Shown here piece after piece: positions 49,547 to 57,494 of a DNA stretch of 64,000 nt (position 1 is its first letter; the number at the start of each line of letters is the position of its first letter). The notes under the pieces were generated by a model. The model saw nothing but the letters and a program-made list of their open reading frames with translations. It ran no database searches and was not told the DNA's origin. The stretch comes from Candidatus Nomurabacteria bacterium (GTDB taxonomy: Bacteria; Patescibacteriota; Minisyncoccia; Phycocordibacterales; SBAW01), in assembly GCA_943356495.1 (NCBI GenBank), contig CALRFF010000001.1, forward strand, positions 92,864 to 156,863. Direction: 5' to 3'. Made by a program: the position numbers and the translations under genes.

Positions 49547-51070
49547 ATGGATAAAGAAACGCTCATAGGGGGCCGGCCCCCCATCGTTACCGTGGTGGGA
49601 CATATTGACCACGGCAAATCGACCCTGCTCGACTATATACGCAAGAGCAATGTCGTCGAAAATGAGGCGGGTGGGATTACCCAGCATCTTTCGGCGTATC
49701 AAGCGTCGCACCGCAACGCGATCGGCGAACACCTTATTACCTTCCTCGACACACCGGGCCACGAGGCGTTTGCCGCCATGCGCTCGCGCGGGTTGCGCGT
49801 GGCCGATGTCGCCATACTAATAGTATCGAGCGAAGAGGGCGCCAAGCCGCAGACACTCGAAGCATTGAAGCTTATTCAGGAAGCAAAAATACCCTTTGTT
49901 GTTGCGTTTACCAAAATAGACAAGCCCGCAAGCAATCTTGAGCGCGCTAAAATGTCGATGCTCGAGCATCAGATTTTTCTTGAGGGGATGGGTGGCGACG
50001 TGCCGTGGGTCGCAGTCTCCGGTAAAACAGGAGAGGGTATCCCCGAGTTGCTCGACCTGATACTCCTTGCCGCCGAGCTCGAGGGCATTTCGGCCGACCC
50101 AAGCGCCCCCGGCCGCGGGCTGGTTATCGAAGCACATGTCGACCCAAAACGCGGGAGCACGGCAACGCTTATGGTGCAAGACGGCACGCTTTTAAGCGGC
50201 GAGTTTGTCGTGGCGGGCAGCGCCTTTGCGCCGGTGCGTATTATGGAAAACTTTTTAGGCAAACCTATAAAGTCCGCCGCCCCCGGCACGCCGGTGCGTA
50301 TTGTCGGCTTTTCTGCGCTGCCGCAGGTGGGCGAGCAGTGGCACGCGGTAGAAACTAAAAAAGAAGCCGAGGCCGAGATTGCCGCGAGCCGCATGCCCCG
50401 TGCCGCCGGCGCAAAAACCGAAGAGGTTGAAGGTGTGGTGGTGTTGCCGCTGGTAATTAAAAGCGACATGTCGGGTGTGGGCGACGCCATTTTGCACGAG
50501 CTCGACAAACTCCAACAAAAAATTGACCAAACCCTGCCTACCGGCAGGCAGGTTGAGGTGCGGGTCGTTAGCCGCGGCGTGGGCGCGATTACCGAAGGCG
50601 ACGTTAAAGTAGCGGGTGCCGGCAAAACGCCCGGCATTATCATCGGCTTTAACGTTAAGGTAGAGTCCCCCGCCCGCGAGTTGGCCGAGCGTATGGGTGT
50701 CGTGGTAGAAACGTTTGATGTTATTTATAAACTCGCCGAGTGGTTGGGCGCCGAGGCTGAAAAGCGCCGCCCGCGCGCGCAGGTAGACGAGCTTATCGGC
50801 GCTGCAAAAATACTTAAATTCTTTAGCGCGTCTAAAGGGCGCGTGGTTATCGGCGGACGCGTGGAAGAGGGTTTTATCACCGAGAACGCCGAGGTAAAAA
50901 TAATGCGCCGCGACCTCGAGCTTGGCCGCGGCAAAATAACCTCGCTTCAAACGCAAAAGGCCCAGACAAAAAAAGTCGAGCAGGGGCAGGAGTTCGGCGC
51001 GCAACTAAAGCTCGACATCGAGCCCGCCCCCGGCGACCGGTTGGAAGCGTTTGAAGTACAGTTTAAATAA
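49547..51070 (+). CDS. infB: translation initiation factor IF-2, short form (508 aa)
   Basis: G-domain ([23 protein letters not shown] ... [15 protein letters not shown] ... TKIDK) and C-terminal beta-barrels. Start set at MDKETL rather than the overlapping long ORF-track start. Confidence 0.9.
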   Translation: MDKETLIGGRPPIVTVVGHIDHGKSTLLDYIRKSNVVENEAGGITQHLSAYQASHRNAIGEHLITFLDTPGHEAFAAMRSRGLRVADVAILIVSSEEGAKPQTLEALKLIQEAKIPFVVAFTKIDKPASNLERAKMSMLEHQIFLEGMGGDVPWVAVSGKTGEGIPELLDLILLAAELEGISADPSAPGRGLVIEAHVDPKRGSTATLMVQDGTLLSGEFVVAGSAFAPVRIMENFLGKPIKSAAPGTPVRIVGFSALPQVGEQWHAVETKKEAEAEIAASRMPRAAGAKTEEVEGVVVLPLVIKSDMSGVGDAILHELDKLQQKIDQTLPTGRQVEVRVVSRGVGAITEGDVKVAGAGKTPGIIIGFNVKVESPARELAERMGVVVETFDVIYKLAEWLGAEAEKRRPRAQVDELIGAAKILKFFSASKGRVVIGGRVEEGFITENAEVKIMRRDLELGRGKITSLQTQKAQTKKVEQGQEFGAQLKLDIEPAPGDRLEAFEVQFK

Positions 51071-51076
51071 ATACGT

Positions 51077-51394
51077 ATGTCCTTGCGCCACGAAAAAATG
51101 GAGTCCGCATTGCGCGAGGTAGCGGCGGAGTTTATGGCGCGCGAGGCGGGGCCGCAGTCGCTTATTACGGTAACCGGCGTGCGTATGGCCGAGGACGGCA
51201 ATTCCGCCACGATACTTATTACGGTATTACCGGAGTCGCAGGAGGAAACGGCGGTCAAGTTTGCCAACCGCAACCGCGGCGAGCTCGGGGTATTCTTAAC
51301 CAAGCGGGTCCGCGGGATGCGCGCCCCGCACTTGGAGTTTATGATCGACCGCGGCGAGAAAAACCGCCAGCGGCTCGACGAGCTGACGAAGTAA
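51077..51394 (+). CDS. rbfA: ribosome-binding factor A
   Basis: 105-aa KH-like RbfA pattern (ITVTGVRMAEDGNSATILITVL). Confidence 0.8.
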   Translation: MSLRHEKMESALREVAAEFMAREAGPQSLITVTGVRMAEDGNSATILITVLPESQEETAVKFANRNRGELGVFLTKRVRGMRAPHLEFMIDRGEKNRQRLDELTK

Positions 51395-51429
51395 CGGTAC
51401 AGTAATTAGCGTCTGCAAACCGCAGCCAC

Positions 51430-51504
51430 GGCCACGTGGCGAAGAAGCAACGCGTCGGTCTGCAAAACCGATATGCGAGGGTGCGAATCCCTCCGTGGCC
51501 TCCA
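51430..51504 (+). tRNA. tRNA-Cys (anticodon GCA), non-canonical T-loop
   Basis: Acceptor GGCCACG/CGTGGCC, anticodon loop CTGCAAA, encoded CCA. T-loop TGCGAAT has G at position 55. D-stem is only 3 bp. Confidence 0.6.
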
Positions 51505-51594
51505 GCCGGGGTGATGGAATTGGTAGACATACGGGACTTAAAATCCCGAGAGGTCCTGAAAACCCTCATGAGAGTTCGAGTCTCTCCTCCGGCA
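51505..51594 (+). tRNA. tRNA-Leu (anticodon TAA), long variable arm
   Basis: Begins immediately after the Cys CCA. Acceptor GCCGGGG/CTCCGGC, anticodon loop CTTAAAA, T-arm GAGAG-TTCGAGT-CTCTC. Confidence 0.8.
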
Positions 51595-51600
51595 CATAGT

Positions 51601-52476
51601 ATGGATTTTTTATACGGCCAGATTACTGACAACCCGCCGCCGCTCGTGGTGGCGCCGGAAAGTTGGCCCGAGTACGGACGATTGGCCGACCCGCTCGGTT
51701 TTTGTGCGCGCGAGGAGGTAGGCACGCACCCGCGCGGCGTGCGCTGGAGCTTTTGGCCGCTTGCGTTCGAGGAGTATGTAAGCGACACGGAACCGAACCT
51801 TGCCGACTCCGCGCAGGGCGAGCTCGCCCGCAACCGCGTGTTTATTTGGAAGCGTATTACCCGCGCCGCTATACCAGAAGGTTGGCGCGAAGTTTCAAAA
51901 AAACCGTGGCGCATCGACGGCTATCACGACCTTGGTACCGGCGGCGACTACACTGCAGCGTGGCACAAAAACGCGCGGCGCGAAGCGCGCTTGTGGCGCG
52001 AGGAGCACGCCGCGCGGTACGACATCGTTGAAATTTCTCTCGAGGAGTTTATCGGCGCGTACCGCAAAAGCATGACGGTTAAAAAAGCCGGCGCAGACTT
52101 GCTGTCGGTGCTCGTACGCATGCACGCGCTCCCCGCCCAAAAGCACATTGCGTTGTGGGGTGTGCGCAACAAGCAGACGGGCAGGATTATCGCGGGTACC
52201 GCTACGATTACCTCGCCCACGCATAAAAGCTCGGTGCGCTATTGTCCGTTTATGCTCCCCGAGGCGCGGCACTGCTACGCATCGATAGGGCTCGTTGACC
52301 ATTGGTTTGCGCATGCGCAAAAAAACGGCACACAGTATTTGCTGTTTACTTGTTTTTGGCAGCCGGGCGACCCCAAGGGGTGGCAGGGCCCCGCGGAGTT
52401 TAAGTCGCACTTCGGGTTGCAGTATGTCGCCTACCCGCCGGAGCTTACGCGGTTTGTAAGAGGAAAAATCTTTTAG
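51601..52476 (+). CDS. hypothetical protein, possible FemAB-family (aminoacyl-tRNA-dependent aminoacyltransferase)/GNAT-fold protein, high-GC
   Basis: 291 aa. C-terminus GWQGPAEFKSHFGLQYVAYPPE loosely resembles the FemAB C-terminal FKKGFGG...Y motif. Start trimmed to MDFLYG (the ORF-track 5' extension covers the two tRNAs). Confidence 0.35.
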   Translation: MDFLYGQITDNPPPLVVAPESWPEYGRLADPLGFCAREEVGTHPRGVRWSFWPLAFEEYVSDTEPNLADSAQGELARNRVFIWKRITRAAIPEGWREVSKKPWRIDGYHDLGTGGDYTAAWHKNARREARLWREEHAARYDIVEISLEEFIGAYRKSMTVKKAGADLLSVLVRMHALPAQKHIALWGVRNKQTGRIIAGTATITSPTHKSSVRYCPFMLPEARHCYASIGLVDHWFAHAQKNGTQYLLFTCFWQPGDPKGWQGPAEFKSHFGLQYVAYPPELTRFVRGKIF

Positions 52477-52549
52477 TGCGCCCGCCTGGATTCGAACCAG
52501 GGACCATCTCCTTAAGAGGGAGTTGCTCTACCAACTGAGCTACGGGCGC
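52477..52549 (-). tRNA. tRNA-Lys (anticodon CTT)
   Basis: Acceptor GCGCCCG/CGGGCGC, D-loop AGCTCAGTTGGTAGAGC, anticodon loop CTCTTAA, T-arm CCTGG-TTCGAAT-CCAGG. Abuts the stop of the preceding gene. Confidence 0.8.
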
Positions 52550-52604
52550 AAATTACAAAAGGATAATAGCATTAATTATTGTTTCATCATAGAATTTTGA
52601 TATC

Positions 52605-52688
52605 GCTGGGGTGGCGGAATTGGTATACGCATCAGCCTTAGGAGCTGACGGGAGCAATCCCTTGGAGGTTCGAGTCCTCTCCCCAGCA
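52605..52688 (+). tRNA. tRNA-Leu (anticodon TAG), long variable arm
   Basis: Acceptor GCTGGGG/CCCCAGC, anticodon loop CTTAGGA, T-arm GAGG-TTCGAGT-CCTC. Confidence 0.85.
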
Positions 52689-52720
52689 CAAAAAACCTTT
52701 ATATTGCAAGGTATTTTACC

Positions 52721-52750
52721 TTGACTTTTAGCTCAAATATGATATAATAG
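52721..52750 (+). promoter_or_regulatory. near-consensus sigma70 promoter with extended -10 (TTGACT-N16-TGaTATAAT) driving the high-GC island
   Basis: CCTTGACTTTTAGCTCAAATATGATATAATAGACGG, followed about 60 nt later by SD GGAGGG and the 52817 ORF. Confidence 0.6.
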
Positions 52751-52816
52751 ACGGCAGAGCGACTTACTGTCGTACCCGCTCTTCTACACACTGCACATCC
52801 ACCTCGCCCAACACCC

Positions 52817-53017
52817 ATGGAGGGAACAATGGCGAAAAGTTCGAAGAAGGCCGGCAACTCGTTGTACGCTCGCTGCATGAAGGCGCTCGCGGGTCTTACG
52901 ACCCAAGTACGCCAACTGCGTAAGGAGAAATCCGAGCGCGACATGCTCGACGCACAGCTCGAAGCCGAACTCATCCCCATCGTCGAGGACGCCGAAAAGG
53001 CCCTCGCAGGAAACTAA
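52817..53017 (+). CDS. small coiled-coil hypothetical protein (66 aa)
   Basis: SD GGAGGG. Lys-rich N-terminus then an amphipathic helix (LTTQVRQLRKEKSERDMLDAQLEAELIPIVEDAEKALAG). Confidence 0.5.
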   Translation: MEGTMAKSSKKAGNSLYARCMKALAGLTTQVRQLRKEKSERDMLDAQLEAELIPIVEDAEKALAGN

Positions 53018-53030
53018 GAAAGGAACTGCA

Positions 53031-54380
53031 ATGCATCCTCTGGTACGGCGCCTTATGGCGCAAGTGGTGGAGCTCACTCGGTATCGCCGAGCGAATCCAC
53101 CTCCTCCCCCGCCCCCACCCGGGGCGGGCGGAGCAGCCACGATACCGCCGTCACCTGTGCCGCGCGGTCGCACCACTGTCTTTGCTATCGTGGTTGCCTT
53201 GTTTGTCGCCGGCGCCATCTTGCTGATGGTGCCGTTGGCTATCGTAATGAACTTGCTCGCGATCATAGCGGCAGCCCTCGTTGCGATCTATCTTGTCTTC
53301 TACGGTCTGGCGCTCAACCAGATCCTCTTCACCACGATGAGGGAAGGTACGGGCCGCTTCGTAATGGACGGCGGACCGGACGGAGCGTTCAACCATTTGC
53401 TCTGGGCCTGGAAAGGTCACTACAGCAACGACCCGCGGATGCCGTGGTTTGACCCGCATGCACCCGCGTGGGAGATCCTCGATCTGAAGCTGACCACCAA
53501 CCTCTGGCTGCATCAACATCCGAAGGTAATGCCCTCGAACTATCCGCCCGGTTCTGTCTGGCGGCTGTTCGAGAAAGTCGGCCTGTACTGGTTTGGATTT
53601 CCCCCGCGGGCAATCCACCGCTACATGTTCGAGTGGACCGAGGAGAAAATCGACGCCGAGGGCAAGCACATGCCGTGGCACCGCAAGGAGCCGACGGACT
53701 TCATCTTCCTGATGGACAACGTCTATTGGATGAAGCTTGAAGGCGCCGAGACAAACGGCAACATCCCGCTCGACGTCGACTACCTGCTTACGGTGGGCGT
53801 CAACAACCCCATCAAGGCGCGTTTCGGCCAGACCAACTGGCTCACGAGCCTTGGCGCGGACTCCAACAACGCCGCAAAGCGTTGGATAGGTGACAACACC
53901 TTTCAGGCAATCGCCAAAGAGCAAGGCACTACCGGCACGACCAGTGGTTTTGTCGTAGAAATCGCCGAGCTCAATGACAACCTGCCGACCCACCACGCCA
54001 CTATCGGCGCGACGGAACTTATCGGCGCGACGGTAAAAGGTGCTTCGCTCCAGAAGATCGACCCGGCAGACTCTGCAAACCGGGAAGAGATTCTGAAGGC
54101 GACCACCGCTCCGGTGATTGCGGAGCTGAACGCGCAGGCGACACGAACTACCGCCGACGCAGAAGCCTACCGCATCAGAACTGTCTATGGCGAATCGGAA
54201 GGCAACACCGACCGTATGCGCCAAAAGCAATGGGAGGCCATGCGCGACGCAAAAGGCACGGTCTTCTGGATTCCGGAAGTCATTGCCAACTTTGCGCAGC
54301 GCTTTGGCGCACCTCAACCGCAGGGGCCTCAACAGCCTCCGCAAAATCCTCAACCGGGGGCGCCGCCAGCGGGCCCCTAA
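53031..54380 (+). CDS. membrane protein with polyproline N-terminus, two TM helices and a divergent SPFH/band-7-like domain with a Trp-rich insertion; Gln/Pro-rich C-terminal tail
   Basis: PPPPPPPP run. TM helices (VFAIVVALFVAGAILLMVPLAIV...LLAIIAAALVAIYLVFYGL). REGTGRFVM resembles the SPFH start motif. C-terminal region ATRTTADAEAYRIRTVYGESEGN...KGTVFWIP resembles the SPFH C-terminal helix/tail. 449 aa. Confidence 0.45.
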   Translation: MHPLVRRLMAQVVELTRYRRANPPPPPPPPGAGGAATIPPSPVPRGRTTVFAIVVALFVAGAILLMVPLAIVMNLLAIIAAALVAIYLVFYGLALNQILFTTMREGTGRFVMDGGPDGAFNHLLWAWKGHYSNDPRMPWFDPHAPAWEILDLKLTTNLWLHQHPKVMPSNYPPGSVWRLFEKVGLYWFGFPPRAIHRYMFEWTEEKIDAEGKHMPWHRKEPTDFIFLMDNVYWMKLEGAETNGNIPLDVDYLLTVGVNNPIKARFGQTNWLTSLGADSNNAAKRWIGDNTFQAIAKEQGTTGTTSGFVVEIAELNDNLPTHHATIGATELIGATVKGASLQKIDPADSANREEILKATTAPVIAELNAQATRTTADAEAYRIRTVYGESEGNTDRMRQKQWEAMRDAKGTVFWIPEVIANFAQRFGAPQPQGPQQPPQNPQPGAPPAGP

Positions 54381-54390
54381 GGAGTAAGCC

Positions 54391-55173
54391 ATGACTTCTA
54401 CGGTGTTACTGGTCCTACTGCTCGTTATTGCGGTAGGCGGCCTCAGTGTTCAGTGGTACTTCGCGCGAGCGGGTGCCACACGCACGAGGCCGCTCGGCGG
54501 ATTTCTTACCGTCGAGCAAATCAAAGGGATTGCCATCAGCGGCGTCGTCACGGTCGTCGTGCTGCTGATGTTTAACGCCTTCCTGCCAAACGTCTCCGAC
54601 GCTTACGCGGCGCGCGGCGGGCCGCAGTTCCTGCTCATCGTCGGTGTGGTGTTTATCTGTCTGGCTTACTTTCTTGCGCCCAACCCGGGCATGCGAAAGT
54701 GGCTGGTCAGAAGCCTCGCCGTCCTGATGGGAATCGTGGTCCTTTCCTCGCTCGTGCCGGCCGTCTTTGTCGGGAAGCCCCTGACCGAGGCGGAAGTCCG
54801 GCTCGAGCAGGAAAAGAAGGCGCTCGACGCAAAGTACAAGCTCGCGTCGAGTGCCGCGACTCTCTCGCTTGCCGATGCGCAAGACTGCACCGGCAGGGCC
54901 AGCCCCACGATTACGGTCGGCACAGAGCCGCTCGAGGTAAACAAGGGCGGCCAGTGCAGGGTGGTGCTGCAGTATCCGGACGACGTCGTCGCCTGCTATC
55001 TCGTTAAGAGCGAGGGCGACACGGAGTGGCAGGGCCCTGTCGGGGCCACCTGTCCGGACCGGAAAAATATTACTCCGGTCGACGTCGAGTACATCAAGGC
55101 GGTAACGCCCTTCAAGGCGCGGGTGGTGCTTTACCCGCGCGCACCGACCCAGTGGGTCCGGTGGAAGAGCTAA
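54391..55173 (+). CDS. 4-TM membrane protein with C-terminal Cys-containing soluble domain (possible NfeD-like partner of the SPFH-like protein)
   Basis: Strong SD AAGGAG. Four hydrophobic helices. C-terminal beta-rich region with 4 Cys (QDCTGRASP...GGQCRVVLQYPDDVVACYLV...GATCPDRK). Confidence 0.5.
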   Translation: MTSTVLLVLLLVIAVGGLSVQWYFARAGATRTRPLGGFLTVEQIKGIAISGVVTVVVLLMFNAFLPNVSDAYAARGGPQFLLIVGVVFICLAYFLAPNPGMRKWLVRSLAVLMGIVVLSSLVPAVFVGKPLTEAEVRLEQEKKALDAKYKLASSAATLSLADAQDCTGRASPTITVGTEPLEVNKGGQCRVVLQYPDDVVACYLVKSEGDTEWQGPVGATCPDRKNITPVDVEYIKAVTPFKARVVLYPRAPTQWVRWKS

Positions 55174-55192
55174 GTACCGGCCAAACAACAAC

Positions 55193-55287
55193 GCGGCTCC
55201 CTACCAAGGGAGCCGCTTTTCTTTTTACATATAAAATTTAGAGACAAAAAAAACCGCCACCCTTTTGGGGTTGGCGGGGTTTTTTAG
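55193..55287. terminator. two tandem hairpin terminators between convergent genes, the second bidirectional
   Basis: GCGGCTCCCTACCAAGGGAGCCGC + TTTTCTTTTT, then AAAAAAAACCGCCACCCTTTTGGGGTTGGCGGGGTTTTTT. Confidence 0.6.
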
Positions 55288-55300
55288 TCGCTCGGGCTTG

Positions 55301-55585
55301 TCAGTACGCCGGCTGGTACGCAACTGCCGGTTGATACGCGACTGCCGGTTGGTAGGCGACCGCGGGTTGATAACCGCGCGGCGGTGTCACCGAACCGAGA
55401 CTGCTCGACATGGGCGTCGACATATGCCCCGAGCCCAAGTTGCTCGAGACCGCTCCGGGGCCGCCCACAACACCGAGATTGCTCGAGACATAGCCGGGGT
55501 GCGGCACCGAGCCGATCTCTTCGGCAGACAGCAGCGTCGTACCGGCGAAACCGAGCAGAACTGTAGCGATTGCAAGGTACTTCAT
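55301..55585 (-). CDS. small secreted low-complexity peptide with C-terminal (YQPAVA)4 tandem repeats
   Basis: Signal peptide MKYLAIATVLLGFAGTTLLSA. SSNLG repeats. C-terminus YQPAVAYQPAVAYQPAVAYQPAY encoded by 18-nt tandem DNA repeats (about 55305-55375). SD AAGGGAGGA. Strong promoter upstream. Confidence 0.6.
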   Translation of the reverse strand: MKYLAIATVLLGFAGTTLLSAEEIGSVPHPGYVSSNLGVVGGPGAVSSNLGSGHMSTPMSSSLGSVTPPRGYQPAVAYQPAVAYQPAVAYQPAY

Positions 55586-55617
55586 CGAAGTCCTCCCTTA
55601 GGTTGATCGATACCTCT

Positions 55618-55647
55618 ATTATAGCACAAGAGATGTAGTTTTGTCAA
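55618..55647 (-). promoter_or_regulatory. consensus sigma70 promoter with extended -10 (TTGACA-N18-TGcTATAAT) for the repeat-peptide gene
   Basis: Minus strand reads GTAGTTGACAAAACTACATCTCTTGTGCTATAATAGAGG. Confidence 0.6.
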
Positions 55648-55671
55648 CTACCTCTCTGTGACCTAAAAAAC

Positions 55672-55944
55672 TTAAAAACCGTAGGTCGAAACCGGCGTAC
55701 CCACCATAGTGCCTATCAGTTTAACAATCGCCCAAGAAGACGCCATGATAAACATACCCACCAAGCCGTAAAGCATGTGGCGCTTGCCGTCCTCTTTTTT
55801 GCCCGAGCCTTCGTTGGACAAGCCAAACATAAACTCGACTATGCCAAAGACAAACATAAGCGTGCCTACGGCAAACAATAGTCCAAGTATGGGGTTAAGG
55901 ATGTACTGCACCATCCTCCCCGCAAGCGCAGTAAGCTCCTGCAT
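55672..55944 (-). CDS. T4SS-pilin-like (VirB2/TrbC-like) small membrane protein
   Basis: 90 aa, two TM helices separated by a charged loop (FGLSNEGSGKKEDGKRHMLYGLVGMFIMA). Confidence 0.55.
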   Translation of the reverse strand: MQELTALAGRMVQYILNPILGLLFAVGTLMFVFGIVEFMFGLSNEGSGKKEDGKRHMLYGLVGMFIMASSWAIVKLIGTMVGTPVSTYGF

Positions 55945-55953
55945 AGGCGCTTA

Positions 55954-56298
55954 TCAGCGCGGCACCGGTACGCCCGGGCTTTGTACCGGAGCGTTTGCAG
56001 GCACTCCAAGCGCGCTTTGCGCCAAGGAGATAATGCCCCAGACAGACACCATAACAAACAGCGAGACGAGGCCCGCTATCATGATGTTCTTGCCTTCAGC
56101 GTGACCTTTGCCCGAAGAGCGGATGTATTTGATAAGACCGAAAAAGAATACGATAAGCGCTACCGTAATAAGTATCGGGATAAGCATGGCCACCAAGCGG
56201 CCGATGGCGCCCATGAGCGTCATGAGCGGCTGGAGCGTTTGAGCCGAGGCTACAAGCGGGAGCGCGAACAGGGCGACGGTAAACGTGAGTTTTTTCAT
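55954..56298 (-). CDS. T4SS-pilin-like small protein with signal peptide (copy 1 of a tandem duplicate)
   Basis: MKKLTFTVALFALPLVASAQT signal peptide, then two-helix pilin-like core (GLIKYIRSSGKGHAEGKNIMIAGLVSLFVMVSVWGII). Confidence 0.6.
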   Translation of the reverse strand: MKKLTFTVALFALPLVASAQTLQPLMTLMGAIGRLVAMLIPILITVALIVFFFGLIKYIRSSGKGHAEGKNIMIAGLVSLFVMVSVWGIISLAQSALGVPANAPVQSPGVPVPR

Positions 56299-56318
56299 AT
56301 AAAATTAAATAATACTGA

Positions 56319-56720
56319 CTAATTAATACAACCCCTATGGCAACGGGCTACGTGCGGTGGGGATCGGATAGGCGCCACCGTAGTAGTTAGGTACGCCCGG
56401 GCTTTGTACCGGAGCGTTTGCAGGCACTCCAAGCGCGCTTTGCGCCAAGGAGATAATGCCCCACACCACACCATAACAAACAGCGAGACGAGGCCCGCTA
56501 TCATGATGTTTTTACCTTCGGCATGGCCCTTACCGGAAGAGCGGATGTATTTGATAAGACCGAAAAAGAATACGATAAGCGCTACCGTAATAAGTATCGG
56601 GATAAGCATCGCTACCAAACGACCAATGGCGTCCATAAGCGTCATGAGCGGTTGCAACGTCTGGGCCGAGGCGATAAGCGGGAGCGCGAACAGTGCGGCA
56701 GTAAACGTGAGTTTTTTCAT
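56319..56720 (-). pseudogene. tandem duplicate of the 55954..56298 pilin-like gene carrying a 1-nt deletion frameshift (or sequencing error)
   Basis: First about 84 codons are near-identical to copy 1. The DNA differs at about 56446-56455 (CACCACACC vs GACAGACACC), shifting the frame into an unrelated Arg/Cys-rich tail. Confidence 0.5.
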
Positions 56721-56803
56721 GAAGTTGATATAAAACGGGTGCGCCCTAACTATAGCAGAGAACTGGGGGTGTCAAAATAACCCTGTGGACAGGGCCGTGG
56801 TGT

Positions 56804-57046
56804 CTAATAGAGATTAAGCGCTTCGCGCATAGTGGCCAGTATCCCCCACACGGATACGAGGACAAACATCGCTACAAGGCCCCAGACAATGAGCTCCTTG
56901 CCCTCGGCATGGCCGTGGCTGTCGGAAGACTCGTAGATAAACCGCACCAACCCTATAAAAAAGAATACCAGTGCAATAGCCACCAGTAGCGGAATAATCG
57001 TGTTGATAAGGCCGATAAACTTGCCTACTAAGGCGGCGAAGCTCAT
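56804..57046 (-). CDS. T4SS-pilin-like small membrane protein
   Basis: 80 aa. Two helices with charged loop (ESSDSHGHAEGKELIVWGLVAMFVLVSVWGI). Confidence 0.55.
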   Translation of the reverse strand: MSFAALVGKFIGLINTIIPLLVAIALVFFFIGLVRFIYESSDSHGHAEGKELIVWGLVAMFVLVSVWGILATMREALNLY

Positions 57047-57047
57047 G

Positions 57048-57491
57048 CTAGCAGTTATTGAGCCCCGGCGTGTTTATGTTGAGATCTTTTATCGTGCTTG
57101 CTATCACCTGCCCCAACAGCCATGCGCCCAAAAATATGGCAATGCCCACAACCGTGTAAAAGAGATTGAGTTTTGCCTTTTCTAACGCGGCGGGGTTGCC
57201 GCGCGCCATCACCAAGCGAAAGCCCGCGTACATAACAAAAAACGTGGCTATCGGTATCCCGAAGAGTATAAGTACGTTAAGGATAGCTTTAATGAGCTGG
57301 CAAAAACTCCCTGTTTTGCCCAGTGGGTTTTGCAGGGCAAAAATAGAGTTGCCGAAGGAGTCTTGGCTTTTTTGGACACCGTAGGCGTCTCCGGAGTTCG
57401 GCCCAAAGACGTCGGTAGCGGCCTGTACCGCAAAGGGAGCCATGGTAAGTAACACCAGAGAAAGTGCGGCAAATAAGAAAATCTTTTTCAT
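57048..57491 (-). CDS. T4SS-pilin-like protein with signal peptide and N-terminal extension
   Basis: Signal peptide MKKIFLFAALSLVLLTMAPFAVQA. Cys, then two TM helices (ILFGIPIATFFVMYAGF ... VVGIAIFLGAWLLGQVI). Confidence 0.55.
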   Translation of the reverse strand: MKKIFLFAALSLVLLTMAPFAVQAATDVFGPNSGDAYGVQKSQDSFGNSIFALQNPLGKTGSFCQLIKAILNVLILFGIPIATFFVMYAGFRLVMARGNPAALEKAKLNLFYTVVGIAIFLGAWLLGQVIASTIKDLNINTPGLNNC

Positions 57492-57494
57492 ATA

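Noticed and set aside
51436-51600. The long 5' extension of ORF 51436..52476
   Set aside because: The extension is entirely covered by tRNA-Cys and tRNA-Leu(TAA). A Met at 51601 directly follows the second tRNA.
55296-55380. Possible CRISPR array suggested by the 18-nt tandem repeats
   Set aside because: Repeats are contiguous with no spacers, imperfect, and lie inside a well-supported ORF where they encode YQPAVA. No cas genes in the window.
52690-55650. An integrated mobile element at tRNA-Leu(TAG) (integrase, att repeat)
   Set aside because: No integrase or recombinase ORF and no repeat of the tRNA-Leu 3' end were found downstream. The island is therefore described only as compositionally atypical.
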